DNA from: Mobula hypostoma
Taxonomy: Eukaryota
NCBI RefSeq assembly: GCF_963921235.1
Contig: NC_086097.1
Location: 66,528,001-66,592,000, forward strand
Reading direction: 5' to 3'
Length of the DNA: 64,000 bases
Part shown: in pieces, positions 39,125 through 54,656 of the stretch
Numbering within the stretch: the stretch's first letter is position 1
Layout: every line of letters begins with the position of its first letter
Position numbers and translations under genes: made by a program
Notes under the pieces: model-generated
What the model saw: the letters and a program-made list of their open reading frames with translations, nothing else
The model's database searches: none
Told to the model about the DNA's origin: nothing

Positions 39125-39239
39125 GTACCTCTTCCTAGAGATGCTGCCTGGCCTGCTGCGTTCACCAGCAACTTTGATGTGTGTTGCTTGAATTTCCAGC
39201 ATCTGCAGAATTCCTCTTGTTTGCGTTAATAAGTATCTA

Positions 39240-39900
39240 ACCTTCAAATCAATCCTTGGGAAAAAAGGATTAACAGATTCATTAAACAGAAAGGAGTGGA
39301 AAGCAGACTGAAGGAAGGTTATGTACGATCTGTAGACCTTCAGATTAATTCACAGTGAAATTAAAGTTCCATTCCGAAAAAACTATAAAAAGTCTATTAG
39401 GAATACATAGAGGAAATGCCAAGATTTAAGTTATCAATGAAAAGGCAAAGAAATTGGAGCATCATTGCCATGAAAGTGAGAGGTCAAAGGCAGGCTAGAT
39501 ATCGGAAACACATCTGCAGAGAGTGACTATAGGTGGCATTACTCAGGAAAAAAAAAATCTATCCCACCATCCAGATTAGGAAGCGGATTCAGGAGGCAAA
39601 TTTACAAACATAACATTAAAATAAAACTGGATACAGGAGTGTGAAGGAACCTCATAACCACTCAAATTATACCAAATGATTGTCTGAAAATATGAAATGT
39701 GGTATCAAAGATTATATCTCAAAATTTAGTGCTGTTCTGTTGCTGATGTGTGGAGGAGTTAATATTCTACAACTTGGAATTGCCCAAATCTTTGAGAAAC
39801 ACAAAGAGATACAAGTTAACTATACAGTATTTTCTATGTCACAGAAATTAAAAGCCAGGCATTCTGGATCTGAGGACTTATGAGAAACTGAACTTCATTT
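39240..39900 (-). pseudogene. PKDREJ-like pseudogene: polycystin channel-domain fragment
   Basis: FIVFSEWNFN (about 39360-39389) and FLQSAFHS resemble recalled PKDREJ LVFGQHEWNYSN and YCVSAFQN; many stops and frameshifts. Confidence 0.55.
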
Positions 39901-39976
39901 CAAATTTTAGAATGCAGCTTATTTCTTTTTGATGTGTTTCCACATTTTCCTAATATTTAGCAAACTTGCATAAATC

Positions 39977-41770
39977 ATATAAGACATAGGAGGAGAAGTA
40001 GGCCATAGAGTCTGCTCCACTATTCTATCTTAGCTGATTTATTATCCCTCTCGACCCCATTCTCCAGCCTTCCCTCTGTAACCTTTAATGCCCTTACTAA
40101 TCAGAATCTATCCACCTTCGCATTAAATATAGCCAATGACTTGGCATCCACTGCCAACTGTGGCAATGAATTCCACAGATTCACGACTCTCTAGCTAAAG
40201 AAATTCCTTTTCTCTGTTCTAAAGGAACGCCTTTCTGATCAGATGTTGTGCCCTCTGGCCCTATACTACCCCACTATATGAAATATCCTTATCACATCTA
40301 CTCTCTCTAAGCCTTTCAATATTTAAAAGGTTTCAATGAGATTCCCACCCCACCCCCACTTTATTCTTTGAAACTTCAGTAAGTACAAGGCCAGAGCCAT
40401 TAAACTTCCTTCAATGCTAGTACATCCTTACTTAGATAAGGGGCCTAAAATTACTCACATTGCTCTAAGTGTGGTTTGGCCAATGCCTTATTGTTACATG
40501 ACCATGGTTTCGTTTACTGTGAGTGTCACTTTGAAACGCCTGTATGAGGCGGGACTATGACATCAGTAAAACAAGCTGCGACAGACCGCTGGGATTTTTC
40601 AGGAGTAAGGAGAGAGAGGGCTGTCAAGACTTCAGCTCACTACGATATGGGTAAAGTCTGATACTTTCCCATGCCCAAAGGACTGGATTGAGTAACGGCA
40701 CACAGTGCACATTGGATGTGTGATTGTCACTTCGTATGATCCATATGTGAATGTTGTTGGTGTATCCTGTGGCGACCACGCTTGTTAACCCTTACTTGGA
40801 TTCAGGTGTGCTATGTGGTTACCACTTGTGCGAAGGGATATTCTGTGACTGTCACCTTGTGATGTTTCTACGTGGATTTCAGAACGACTTGATGGAAAAG
40901 ATCTTTGGCAACTGTTACTTTGTTTTCCTAGCGTGGAACCTGTGGAATTCTTCGTAATCGCTTTCTCTTTACATTTTAACCTGCATTTACAGATCTCTTC
41001 CGTCATTTATTCCGTGGATTACTGGACCTTTCTACTTTGCCATTTTAAGACTTTAAGACTGTTCCTAAGCTTGAAGTTTGGGAGCCACACACACACATAC
41101 AACACTGTTAACTTCTGGTTATTTTGTTTAATCATTTATATTTTAAGTAGATACTAATAAAGATAGTGATTTTAACATTAAAACCGGACTCAATGTGTGA
41201 TCTATTGCTGCTGGTACGAACACTTGTGAAGCCTCAGCATTACATCCTTGATATTATATTCTAGTCCTCTTGAAATAATTGCTAACATTGTATTTTCCCC
41301 CTTTATCACTGTCCCAAGCTGAAAATGAACCTTCAGGGAATCCTACACAAGGACTCCCAAATGCCTTTGCACCTCTAATTTCTGAATTTGCTCCCTGTTT
41401 AGAAAATAGTTTATGCTTTTATTCCTTCTACCAAAGTGCATGATCATACACTTCCCCACATTGTATTCCATCTGTCACTTCTTTGCTCATTCTCCTGATC
41501 TCTCTCATTCCTGATTTCTCAACACAATTGACCCCTTCACCTGTTTTTGCATCGCCTGCAAATTTGGCCACAAAGCCACCAATTCCATCATCCACATCGT
41601 CGACATATAATGTAAAAGGAAGCAGTCCCAACACTGACCCTTGTGGAACACTACTAGTAACTATCAGCCAAAATGAAAAGGCCCCCTTTACTCTCACACT
41701 TTGCCTCCTGCCAGTCAGCCAATCTTCTGTCCATGTTAGGACCTTTCCTGTAATACTCTGGGCTCTTATT
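39977..41770 (-). mobile_element. CR1 LINE fragment interrupted by a solo LTR
   Basis: [17 protein letters not shown] and CR1 3' end. Confidence 0.8.
40492..41222 (+). mobile_element. Solo LTR
   Basis: TGTTAC..GAACA termini; TSD cttat/cttgt; AATAAA near 41156. Confidence 0.7.
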
Positions 41771-42559
41771 TAACAACACAACTAATAGAAACAAGAGTAG
41801 TTTTTCTAAACCTCAGAGCCTACTCTACTGTTCATCAGAATCATGCCTAATCTTCTACCTCAGTATCATTTTTGTCAGCGTATTTCTTGCTTCCCTTAAC
41901 ATTCAGAAATCTATCAAGATGTGTTTTGAATAAACATAGTAACTAAGCTTATACGACCCTTCAGAGTAAAGAATTCCAAAGATTCACCTTTCTTTCTCTT
42001 CATCCCTGTCTTAAATGGTCTCCTGCGTATCCTTGTCCAGGAATCTACAGCCACTGAAAACATCCTTCCAGAGTCACCCTGTTCGCACCTTGCAAGTTTC
42101 TGGAAGTGCTCATGTTATGGGAAAATAATGATACTTGGAAAACCTTGGATCATATAGGAGCCTGAAGGCACACACTCTACTATTCAGAAACAGCTTCTTC
42201 TATTCTACCAGCAGTTTTCTGAATGGACACCGAATCCATAAACACTGACTCACTAATTTTTTTTTGCACTTCTTATTTAACTATTTAATACACACACATA
42301 TACTGTATGTACATATGCTTACTGTACTTCAGTTTTTATTATAATACATTGCTGCCGCATAATAACAAATTTCATGACACATGCAGTGATATTAAATTTA
42401 ATTCTGATTCGTTGGAAAATGTCAGGAGATGATGCTTTTGCTAATTTCTCTGAATTATTGATGGAGAGTTTTAATCATTTGAGTACTGCTTTAAAGCATT
42501 GCCAACACAATCTGCTTTTAACCAAGTGACATATTAAGGATTGTGAAAATCTGTCACTT

Positions 42560-43380
42560 CATCTAAGCAAATCATCAACAGTAACGTGTATCAACCTACT
42601 GCTACTTCTCTGTTGATTATTATTTTGGAATCTCCACACATCCAAAATGGCATAATCTTTAATCGCTACACAAATAACTGGTATAGCTCTTCCCCAACCT
42701 TATCCTGTAGAATGGAGTAGAGAGTCACAGTTTGAAGAAATATTGTGCAGCATTTTCTCACTAGCAAATTTCGCCTTATATGCTTTGAATAATATCTTTC
42801 ATTACAAAATATCTCTGGTTTCTTGCCAAGCAAAACCTATTCAGAGAATTTATCTCCACTCTTTATTTCCTCCTAATTTAATTTGATTTTTTTTCCTGCC
42901 AGTTCCAGACTGATTTTTGGTGTGGTACAGAAGAGGAAATTTTCCTAACTTTCACTGTTTCTTCCTCTAGCTTCACACACTCATACCATCTTGATCCTTT
43001 CTCCAGTGTAGGTATGAAGAACAACAGATCATACATTGAGCTTTATTGCATCATCTGGCCAATTACATTTACATTCCTACTCACATATCAATCATCAGTA
43101 TTGCAGTGCCAACATAAATTTCCATTGGCATTTTTTCCTTCAATGTTACCTGATGTATGGAAAATTTCAATGGAAATGTACAGCATCAGCAGTCCAGATC
43201 ATCGCCTTCTTTGTCTTGTCTATGGGTGTGCCCCTTTGCTATTATTCCCAATGAGCTTCATGTTGCTTATCAGCCTTAGTAGGGGCAAAATGGCATTTTT
43301 CTTCCCTTCTACAAAGTAATTTACACAAAAAAAATTCCAGAACTCTTAACAGACTCAATGATAATCTTATGGAACTACTG
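42560..43380 (-). pseudogene. PKDREJ-like pseudogene: TM and cytoplasmic-loop fragment
   Basis: IIIESV, EAHWE** and LKIMPFWMC occur in order, resembling recalled PKDREJ MIGIESV, SEHWEEY and RIVLPWWC. Confidence 0.55.
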
Positions 43381-45432
43381 AAAGAATCCAAACTGTCGTT
43401 TATCGTCGCAAACAACCTTCAGGAGGAACTCAGCTGGTCGAACCTCATCTGTGGGAGGAAAGGAACTGATGTTCCAGGTTGAAGGCAAAACATACTAGCC
43501 ATTTTTCCTTTCCGCCTCCCAGTCCTGATGCAGGGTTTCAGCCCAAAAGGTCAACCATTCTTTTTCTCCCACTGAATCTGCTCAATCCACTGAGTTCCTC
43601 TTGTGGATTAGTTGTTGCTCCAGATTCCAGCATCTTTGTAGCTGCCATACGACTACTATATAGACACCCACAGCATAGTAAATTTTAAATTGTCCCATTC
43701 AGGCCTAAATATTTAATCATTGTGAAGGCTTTCTTAATGTTGTGGGATAATGTCGTTCCTGACAAGGGGGATCATTCTGCTTGGTATGAGAGACTTGTGT
43801 CTGTGAAAATATCTCAGGTTCTGGGGCTTCCTCCTTTTAGGCAATTTCCATCAAGGACAAGTTCATGCCAGTGATGGTAAAAATGGGGGAACTGGAATTT
43901 CTGCTGCACATTCCAGCTATTTCGGGTTGACCGAAGACAGTGTAGGGTCTTTTCTGGTTTCTCTTTGGATCATCTCTACTATAATAGAGATACTTTAGAT
44001 TAGCATTAGAGGAGTGTCCTCTTTTGTAAATTTTTCAGATATTTCCTTTTCCAGGGGTAAATGGGATAATCATTCTCCTGGATTCAATCTTGTAATTGTG
44101 TCCTCCAGGAAACAGAGCCCCTATCTGGATTAGTACTGCTGCTGTTAGTGGAACAACCTTCTGTGGATTGAAAATGGACACTAGTGGTTGATGATCGGTA
44201 ATGACCGTGAACTCTCTCCCATACAAGTACTGATCGAAACGTTTTCCACCCCAAACCAGTCTCAAGGCCTCTCTGTCAACTTGTGTGTAATTTTTCTCTG
44301 CAGCGGTAAGGGAATGTGATGCAAAGACTATGGGGTGTTCAGTCCCATCACGCATAACATGTGACATGACTGCACCTTTCCATAAGGTGAGGCATCACCG
44401 GCAAGCTTCACCAGACAATGTGGATCATAATGTGTGAGTACAGTGTCTGATGTTACCATTTCCTTTATCGTTTTGAAAGATACCTCACATTGCTTTATCC
44501 ATTGCCATTTCTTGCTAACTATAGTAATGAGTTTGTTGGGGGGGGGGGGGGGAGTGCGGCATTATAACCAGATTTGGCAGGAACCTGTTATAGTAATTGA
44601 CAAATCCTAAAAAGCACCACAACTGTGACACATCCTTTGGGTTTGTGGCATCCACCACTGCTTGAATTTTCTCAGCACACTTGAGTATTCCTTGTGCGTC
44701 AATAGTCTGACCACAGTAAGTGATGCGTGCTTTAAAGAATTCACGTTTGCTACATTGTACTCTGAGCCCATAATCTTCTGATCTTTTTCACACCATCTTG
44801 ATATTTTGCAGATATTCCTTGTCATCCTTACTGGTAACAATGATCTCATCCAGGTAACGATGGCTAGCCTTACAACACTAGGTCCATAGCTTTCTGCCAG
44901 AGCGTGGGCACTGCTGCCACTCCAAAAATAATACTATTATAGTGATAGAGCCCTTTGTGAGTGTTAATGGTGGGAAACACTTTGGATTCTTCTTCCATCT
45001 CCAATTGTAGGTAGACCTCAACTAAGGCTACCTTGCTGAAGTGTTTTCCTCCAGAAAGGTTTGCAAGGGTGTCATCTATTCTTGGCAAGAGGGAATTGGG
45101 CTACTTTCAGTACTGGGTTGATGGTACCCTTAAGATCACCACATATCCTGACAGTCCTATTTTTCTAGACTACTGAGAGCATTCGCATTACCCATGGGCT
45201 CCATTTAACCTTGAAAAGAATTCCTTCAGCCTCCATGCGATCTGGATCACTGGCTACTTCATCATACATGGTATAGGGAACTGGATGGTTTTTCACAACT
45301 TAGGTGTGGCATTTTCAATTAACTCTATTTTACTCTTGATACGTTTGAGTTTTCCTATGCCACCCTTGAGCACTACTGTGTCACTGTAGCATCATCCAGT
45401 ACCTTTCTTAATTTGCTTTCAGTTGACTCTTA

Positions 45433-47045
<1,613 letters not shown>

Positions 47046-47244
47046 TATAGGGAATGTGACATACAAATGACGGATGGATCTCCAATCAAGTTGTAGTTGT
47101 CTCAGCCAATCACAACCCCAGAAAATGGACCTTCTTTCTTTGTACCACGTACAAGCCCAATGTATTTCACTAATGAATATCATTCCCACAGGAGTTATCT
47201 TTTCCCCAGTATAACTTCTCAGTTACATATCTTCAGGCTTCAGT

Positions 47245-49783
47245 TCATAGAATAGTACAGCACAGTACAGGCCCTTTGGCCCACAATGTTGTGCCGACCC
47301 TCAAACCCTGCCTCCCATATAAGCCCCCACCTTAGATTCCTCCATATACCTGTCCAGTAGTCTCTTAAACTTCACTAGTGTATCTGCCTCCACTACTGAC
47401 TCAGGCAGTGCATTCCACGCACCAACCACTTTCTGAGTAAAAAACCTTCCTCTAATATCCCCCTTGAACTTCCTACCCCTTACCTTAAAGCCATGTCCTC
47501 TTGTATTGAGCAGTGGTGCCCTGGGGAAGAGGTGCTGGCTATCCACTCTATCTATTCCTCTTATTATCTTGTACACCTCTATCATGTCTCCTCTCATCCT
47601 CCTTCTCTCCAAAGAGTAAAGCCCTAGCTCCATTAATCTCTGATCATAATGCACACTTTCTAAACCAGGCAGCATCCTGGTAAATCTCCTCTGTACCCTT
47701 TCCAATGCTTCCACATCCTTCCTATAGTGAGATGACCAGAACTGGACACAATACTCCAAGTGTGGCCTAACCAGAGTTTTATAGAGCTGCATCATTACAT
47801 CGCGACTCTTAAACTCTATCTTATGAAAGCTAACACCCCATAAGCTTTCTTAACTACCCTATCTACCTGTGAGGCAACTTTCAGGGATCTGTGGACATGT
47901 ACCCCGAGATCCCTCTGCTCCTCCACACTACCAAGTATCCTGCCATTTACTTTGTACTCTGCCTTGGAGTTTGTCCTTCCAAAGTGTACCACCTCACACT
48001 TCTCCAGGTTGAAATCCATGTGCCACTTCTCAGCCTACTTCTGCATCCTATCAATGTCTCTCTGCAATCTTTGACAATCCTCTACACTATCTACAACACC
48101 ACCAACCTTTGTGTCATCTGCAAACTTGCCAACCCACCCTTCTACCCCCACATCCAGGTTGTTAATAAAAATCACGAAAAGTAGAGGTCCCAGAACAGAT
48201 CCTTGTGGGACACCACTAGTCACAATCCTCCAATCTGAATGTACTCCCTGCACCACGACCCTCTGCCTTCTGCAGGCAAGCCAATTCTGAATCCACCTGG
48301 CCAAACTTCCCTGGATCCCATGCCTTCTAACTTTCTGAATAAGCCTACTGTGTGTAACCTTGTCAAATGCCTTACTAAAATCCATATAGATCACATCCAC
48401 TGCACTACCCTCATCTATATGCCTGGTCACCTCCTCAAAGAACTCTATCAGGCTTGTTAGACATGATCTGCCTTTCACAAAGCCATGCTGACTGTCCCCG
48501 ATCAGACCATGATTCTCTAAATGCCCAGAGATCCTATCTCTAAGAATCTTTTCCAACAGCTTTCCCACCACAGACGTAAGGCTCACTGGTCTATAATTAC
48601 CCGGACTATCCCTACTACCTTTTTTGAACAAGGGAACAACATTCGCCTCCCTCCAATCCTCCAGTACCATTCCTGTGGACAACGAGGACATAAAGATCCT
48701 AGCCAGAGGCTCAGCAATCTCTTCTCTCGTCTCATGGAGCAGCCTGGGGAATATTCCGTCAGGTCCCTGGGACATATTCCGTCAGGTCCCTGGGACTTAT
48801 CTGTCCTAATGTATTTTAACAACTCCAACACTCCTCTCCCTTAATATCAACATGCTCCGGAACATCAACCTCACTCATATTGTCCTCACCAACATCAAGT
48901 TCCCTCTCATTGGTGAATACCGAAGAAAAGTATTCATTGAGGACCTTGCTCACTTCCACAGCCTCCAGGCACATCTTCCCACCTTTATCTCTAATCGGTC
49001 CTACCTTCACTCCTGTCATCCTTTTTTTCTTCACATAATTGAAGAATGCCTTGGGGTTTTCCTTTACCCTAGTCGCCAAGGCCTTCTCATGCCCCCTTCT
49101 TGCTCTTCTCAGCCCCTTCTTAAGCTCCTTTCTTGCTTCCCTATATTCCTCAATAGACCCATCTGATCCTTGCTTCCTAAACCTCATGTATGCTGCCTTC
49201 TTCCTCCTGACCAGATTTTCCACCTCACTTGTCACCCATGGTTCCTTCACCCTACCATTCTTTATCTTCTTCACCAGGACAAATTTATCCCTTACATCCC
49301 ACAAGAGATCTCTAAACATCGACCACATGTCCATAGTACATTTCCCTGCAAAAACATCATCCCAATTCACACCCGCAAGTTCTAGCCTTATAGCCACATA
49401 ATTTGCCTTTCCCCAATTAAAAATTTTCCTGTCCTCTTTGATTCTATCCTTTTCCATGATAATTATAAAGGCCAGGGAGCGGTGGTCACTGTTCCCCAGA
49501 TGCTCACCCACTGAGAGATCTGTGACCTGACCCAGTTCATTACCTAGTACTAGTTCTAGTATAGCATTCCCCCTGGTCGGCCTGTCCACGTACTGTGACA
49601 GGAATCCATCCTGGACACACTTAACAAATTCTGCCCCATCTAAACCCTTGGAACTAATCAGGTGCCAATCAATATTAGGGAAGTTAAAGTCACCCCTGAT
49701 AACAACCCTGTTATTTTTGCACCTTTCCAAAATCTGCCTCCCAATCTGCTCCTCTGTATCTCTGCTGCTACCAGGGGGCATCA
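47245..49783 (-). mobile_element. CR1 LINE (partial endonuclease and RT)
   Basis: ORFs 48816-49784 (GDFNFPNIDW, SDH), 48035-48775 and 47301-47795; TSD ttcagt; same subfamily as 25772-26897. Confidence 0.92.
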
Positions 49784-50641
49784 TTCAGTGTCTTTGAAAT
49801 GCCATTCAAGCTCATTTTTTGGAATGACTGAAACTGCCAAGCCAATATTTAATTCAATTTTAGTTAATTTGCCATTCATTTCTGGTGTAAGCCATATTGC
49901 TTGTCTATTGTTAGTTTTCACGTTGTAAATCTTTAGGCTGCGCAGTCCTGTGAAACTCTCATCACGATCAGATTTTTCATCAACAGCGAAAAGATTAGTG
50001 CTCTTTTTGAAACTGCAACTTGACTTTCTATCTTTTTCTCCTCTCTGTGTAGTCCATTGATTTTTGTCTGCCTGACATGCTCCTTGCATGTGTCCTACTT
50101 TGTTGCTTTTTTTTTGCAAGTTTGACCTTTAAACCTGCATCGGTCCAGTGCATGTGAGCCCCTGCCACAGTGGTAACACAATTTTTTTCAGCCAGGACAG
50201 TTTAGATGTTGCAATCTTGTTCATGCGCACTTTCATTCTTAACTGCAACTTAATTGTGTCTTTGTCTGTTGTTTCCATTGCTCAGCGATTTCAACTGCTC
50301 TTTTAAATGTAAGTTGTGCTTCAGTTAGGAGCCATTTTTGAAAGCTTTCTTGTAAGATTCCACAAACTAAACCATCTCTCATTAAGTCCATTGTTGAACT
50401 GAGAATGGTCAATCTCTTCAATTTAGCCATATACATTGAAAAGGACTCTCCTTCCTTTCAATTCCACTTATGAAACCTAAAGTGTCTCCAGTCAACAATG
50501 TTCTAAATGTTCCTGCATTACTTTCACAATATCAGCAAAGCTCATCTTGTCTTCTTTGTTTAGAGCAATTAAACTTCTAAGCAAACTGTTTGCCTTTAAA
50601 TCCAATGCACTCCGTAAAACCGGTATTTGCTTCTCCTTTAA

Positions 50642-51182
50642 AAACACAAACACCAGGAAATCTGCAGATGCTGGAATTTCAACCAACACACATCAAAGTT
50701 GCTGGTGAACGCAGCAGGCCAGGCAGCATCTCTAGGAAGGGGTACAGTTGACGTTTTGGGCCGAGACCCTTCGTCAGGACTAACTGAAAGAAGAGCTAGT
50801 AAGAGATTTGAAAGTGGGAGGGGGAGGGGGAGATCTGAAATGATAGGAGAAGACAGGAGGGGGAGGGATGGAGCCAAGGGCTGGACAGGTGATTGGCAAA
50901 GGGGATATGAGAGGATCATGGGACAGGAGGCCTAGGGAGAAAGAAATGGGGAGGGGGGTGAACCCAGAGGATGGGCAAGGGGTATAGTGAGAGGGACAGA
51001 GGGAGAAAAAGGAGAGGGAGGAAAAAAAAGAATGTGTGTATATAAACAAATAATGGATGGGGTACGAGGGGGAGGTGGGGCATTAGCGGAAGTTTGAGAA
51101 GTCAATGTTCATGCCATCAGGTTGGAGGGCTCCTCTACTGTAAAGATGAAACCACACTCAGGTTGGAGGAACAACACCTTAT
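50642..51182 (-). mobile_element. PLE 3' fragment with a short inverted segment (51129-51182)
   Basis: Same family as 4104-5214; the hammerhead at 50746-50781 has GAAA mutated to AAAA. Confidence 0.85.
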
Positions 51183-52964
51183 CCTCTGCTTTCTGCCACA
51201 GCAACAACTTTTAAGCCAATGTACAATCACCCTTGCGTCCCATGAACTTCAATTTCTTTCATGTGGATTTTGTCTGATAATAAAACTCACATACCTCCTT
51301 GATCTTCTTCATTCAGAAAAATTCAGTTAAGCTAAACATGGCTCTCCATTAATGATCCTGTGCTGAATGGCCTTTATTAATCTGTTCCACTCTAAATGCT
51401 AATTGATGCCTTTGGAATTTTTCAAGACAAGGGTTCTGTTGTCACACAATCTATCTCTTTATCCCTTTAGTAATCTTTCAGCATTCTGGCACCAACCCTG
51501 GTTTCAAGCATTTCCTACTATGCTGATTCTGCTGATTCATTCGGAGGATAATTTCACCATTGCTGGCCACTCTTGGAGTTAGAGATCTAAGCCTTGACCA
51601 GCAATGAAATGGTATCTGAGGACAGTAATTCTGATACTCATTTTTCATTCATTCGACTACAGCATGTAAGAAAATTGTGGTGTACAGACCAATGGCAAAT
51701 ATACTTCTCATGGCTTAAATTTTATTGTGAAAGCTGGCATGAACATAAAGCTATGTTCTCTGTTTCTATATCAAACATGCTTTTAGTTAAGTTGCCTAAA
51801 GAAAATAAATCTCAAACATCATGGATATCCAATTTATGGAAGCAAAATGGACCAACTGAGATATGGCTTTGATCACCTGCCTTTGATAATCCTTCCCAAT
51901 GTTCTTTCACATGTTCTGAAGTCAGCAAAATTTATTCTCTGTAATTTTATTGTGCAATTTTCTTGAGTAGTTGAATGAAGCTAATGGGAATGAACATCAA
52001 AATACATAACAGACCATTGATCTTTTATCACATATTTAACATCTCTACCAAATTTGAAAATTCAAAAAACAAGCCTGCCCTCCCAACCTGCTCATCTCCT
52101 CTCCCAGTTTGCAACCTCTATTCCATGTCTACTGTCCACTCCTATCAGATTCCATCTGGACTTTGCCTCATCCACGAATCACCTCCCAGCCTCTCATATC
52201 ATTGCCACTTCAATCCCTCCCCCACCCACTTATCTTTCTCCCTAACAAAGATTAACTTATTATCCACAAGCTCAAGCTCCTCTTCTCTCCCACTCTTTTA
52301 TTCTGGCTTCTGTCCGCTTTCTTTTCCAATCCTATTAAAAAGGTCTCAGTCCAACATATCATCAGTTCATTTCCCTCCATAGACACTGCCTGACCTGCTG
52401 AGTTCCTCCAGCGATTTGTGTGTGTTGATCTAAATTCAGCCTTATTCCATTCTCTATTCACGTATTAAGCTGCTACCATATTCCACTAAATTTCTACGAA
52501 AAGACTAATTGATTAAAATTTATGATATGCCAGGTGCCAATATATGATAAAGAATTAAATAACATCTTGCTTGCATGTAGTTTCATGATTACTTCAGGAA
52601 AATGAATAGACATAAACAGCTGTTTCTTTTCTGCCTTGGTTTCTGAACTTGTACAAGAAAACTAATTTACCAGACCATTACATTCAACAGTCTAGGGATG
52701 CTAACCACGTATACACTTAAAATTTTAAACCACCAAAAAGAAACATGAACTGAGGATAGTAATTCCAGCTTAAGTTATTTAATACATTCATTCAACAAGT
52801 AAAAAAAAATTGCAATGGACAAATGGGAAATACATTTGCTTTTTGTTAAATTACTGAAAGAAAATAATCTCAAAAATCATAGTTACATTAGAAATTATTA
52901 ATATTTATTATTTTACAAGATTGAACAAAATCAATTGACCTAAACAAATGAATGGGTTGCTACT

Positions 52965-53290
52965 TCACAGAAGTTGGCAAAACTAAGTATAGTAAGCGTC
53001 TGACGATTTGGAATATAACTGGATAAATCTGGCTGCTCGTGTCTTATGGTTCCAAGGAGAAATGCTTGCATTCAGAACAGAGGCAAGTCCTGGACTTAAG
53101 TTATGTGCTGTAATTCCAGGACACACAGTGACAGGTGACATTGTATATGCCAAAATATTCCGTGTCTGGAATCCAGTGGTAAATTTCAGTCTTTCTGAGC
53201 ATTGCACAGGGAATATATAACTCAGCTACTACCTCAGGACTGATATGGTGTAGGCTCCAGCACCCTGCTGATTTAAATAGACATCCTGGG
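52965..53290 (-). pseudogene. PKDREJ-like pseudogene: GAIN-region fragment
   Basis: CLFK..ISPEVVAELYIP..TRAARFI..LTILSFANFC versus recalled VLFT..ITPTALVATFLVP..LQAPRFV..VRISIFSVQC. Confidence 0.6.
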
Positions 53291-53610
53291 TGTGTGGATT
53301 AAGAGGCAAAGTGGGAGATAAATTACTTTGTAAATTATTTCATTATAGTTTAACTTTTAAGTTTTTATTTACATTCATTACAATTTTATTTTTTAATGAT
53401 TTTGTATTTTTTTCATTTATTTTTATTTCAATAACTTTTCAAGTACTTGGACATTTAAAATCAGTTTCAAGACAAGACAAAAGAACTTAATGTCAAAGCT
53501 TAAAAGTTCAAAGTTTAAAGCAGGGTCTTCATAATACATACCCTGGAGAAAAGCTAGCATTTGGACTTTGCCAGCCGACTTATGGGCACAGAGCAGCAAC
53601 GAAGCTGGCC

Positions 53611-54476
53611 ACACACATCAAAGTTGCTGGTGAACGCAGCAGGCCAGGCAGCATCTCTAGGAAGAGGTACGTTTCAGGCCGAGACCCTTCGTCAGGACTA
53701 ACTGAAAGAAGAGCTAGTAAGAGATTTGAAAGTGGGAGGGGGAGGGGGAGATCCAAAATGATAGGAGAAGACAGGAGGGGGAGGGATGGAGCCAAGAGCT
53801 GGACAGGTGATTGGCAAAAGGGATATGAGAGGACCATAGGACAGGGGGCCTAGGGAGAAAGAAAAGGGAGAGGGGTGGAAAACCCAGAGGATGGGCAAGG
53901 GGTGTAGTGAGAGGGACAGAGGGAGAGAAAGGAGGGAGAGAAAAAGAACGTGTGTATATAAATAAATAACGGATGGGGCACGAGGGGGAGGTGGGGCATT
54001 AGCGGAAGTTTGAGAAGTCAATGTTCATGCCATCAGGTTGGAGGCTACCCAGATGGAATATAAGGTGTTGTTCCTCCAACCTGAGTGTGGCTTCATCTTT
54101 ACAGTAGAGGAGGCCATGGATAGACATACCAGAATGGGAATGGGATGTGGAATTAAAATGTGTGGCCACTGGTAGATCCTGCTTACTCTGGCAGACAGAG
54201 CGTAGGTGTTCAGCAAAACAATCTTCCAGTCTGCGTCGGGTCTCGCCAATATATATAGAAGGCCGCACCGGGAGCACCGGATGCAGTATATCACCCCAGC
54301 CGACTCACAGGTGAAGTGTCGCCTCACCTGGAAAGACTGTCTGGGGCCCTGAATGGTGGTGAGGGAGGAAGTGTAAGGGCATGTGTAGCACTTGTTCCGC
54401 TTACAAGGATAAGTGCCTGGAGAGAGATCGGTGGGGAGGGATGGGGGGGGGGGGTGGATGAATGGACAAGGGAGTC
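53611..54476 (-). mobile_element. Penelope-like element 3' fragment (GIY-YIG)
   Basis: VIYCIRCSRCG..YIGETRRRL; hammerhead at about 53669-53699 lacks its 3' stem I strand. Confidence 0.88.
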
Positions 54477-54656
54477 CAACAAAGTTGACCTTCTACCTCT
54501 GGCCCAGGTGAATATGAGAATACAGGGACCAGGGGTGGCAATTAGTGGCAGTGGGCTGGGTTCAGCACATTCTCTCTAATCAGGTCTTCTTCTGTAGCTT
54601 GATGCTCTTGATGAGCTGAAAATTATCCACACGTTTACAACCCTAGATCAAAATAC

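Larger units (their letters stand above)
37780..39226. mobile_element. Palindromic Penelope-like element insertion with GIY-YIG endonuclease region
   Basis: Minus-strand arm encodes CPY..VIYCIRCSQCGLLYIGETRRRL..AEH; inverted + arm at about 38672-39226; 11-bp TSD taataagtatc at 37769-37779 and 39227-39237. Confidence 0.9.

Noticed and set aside
51330..52050. Possible PLAT/TM1 exon of the PKDREJ-like gene
   Set aside because: The position fits, but I could not recognise any motif.
53226..53236. TGAGGTAGTAG on the - strand, identical to the 5' end of let-7
   Set aside because: Only 11 nt match, I see no precursor hairpin, and it lies in pseudogene coding sequence (PEVVA).
53597..54490. TSD for the PLE at 53611 (caacgaagctggcc / caacaaagttgacc)
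   Set aside because: Three mismatches in 14 nt are too many to assert a TSD.
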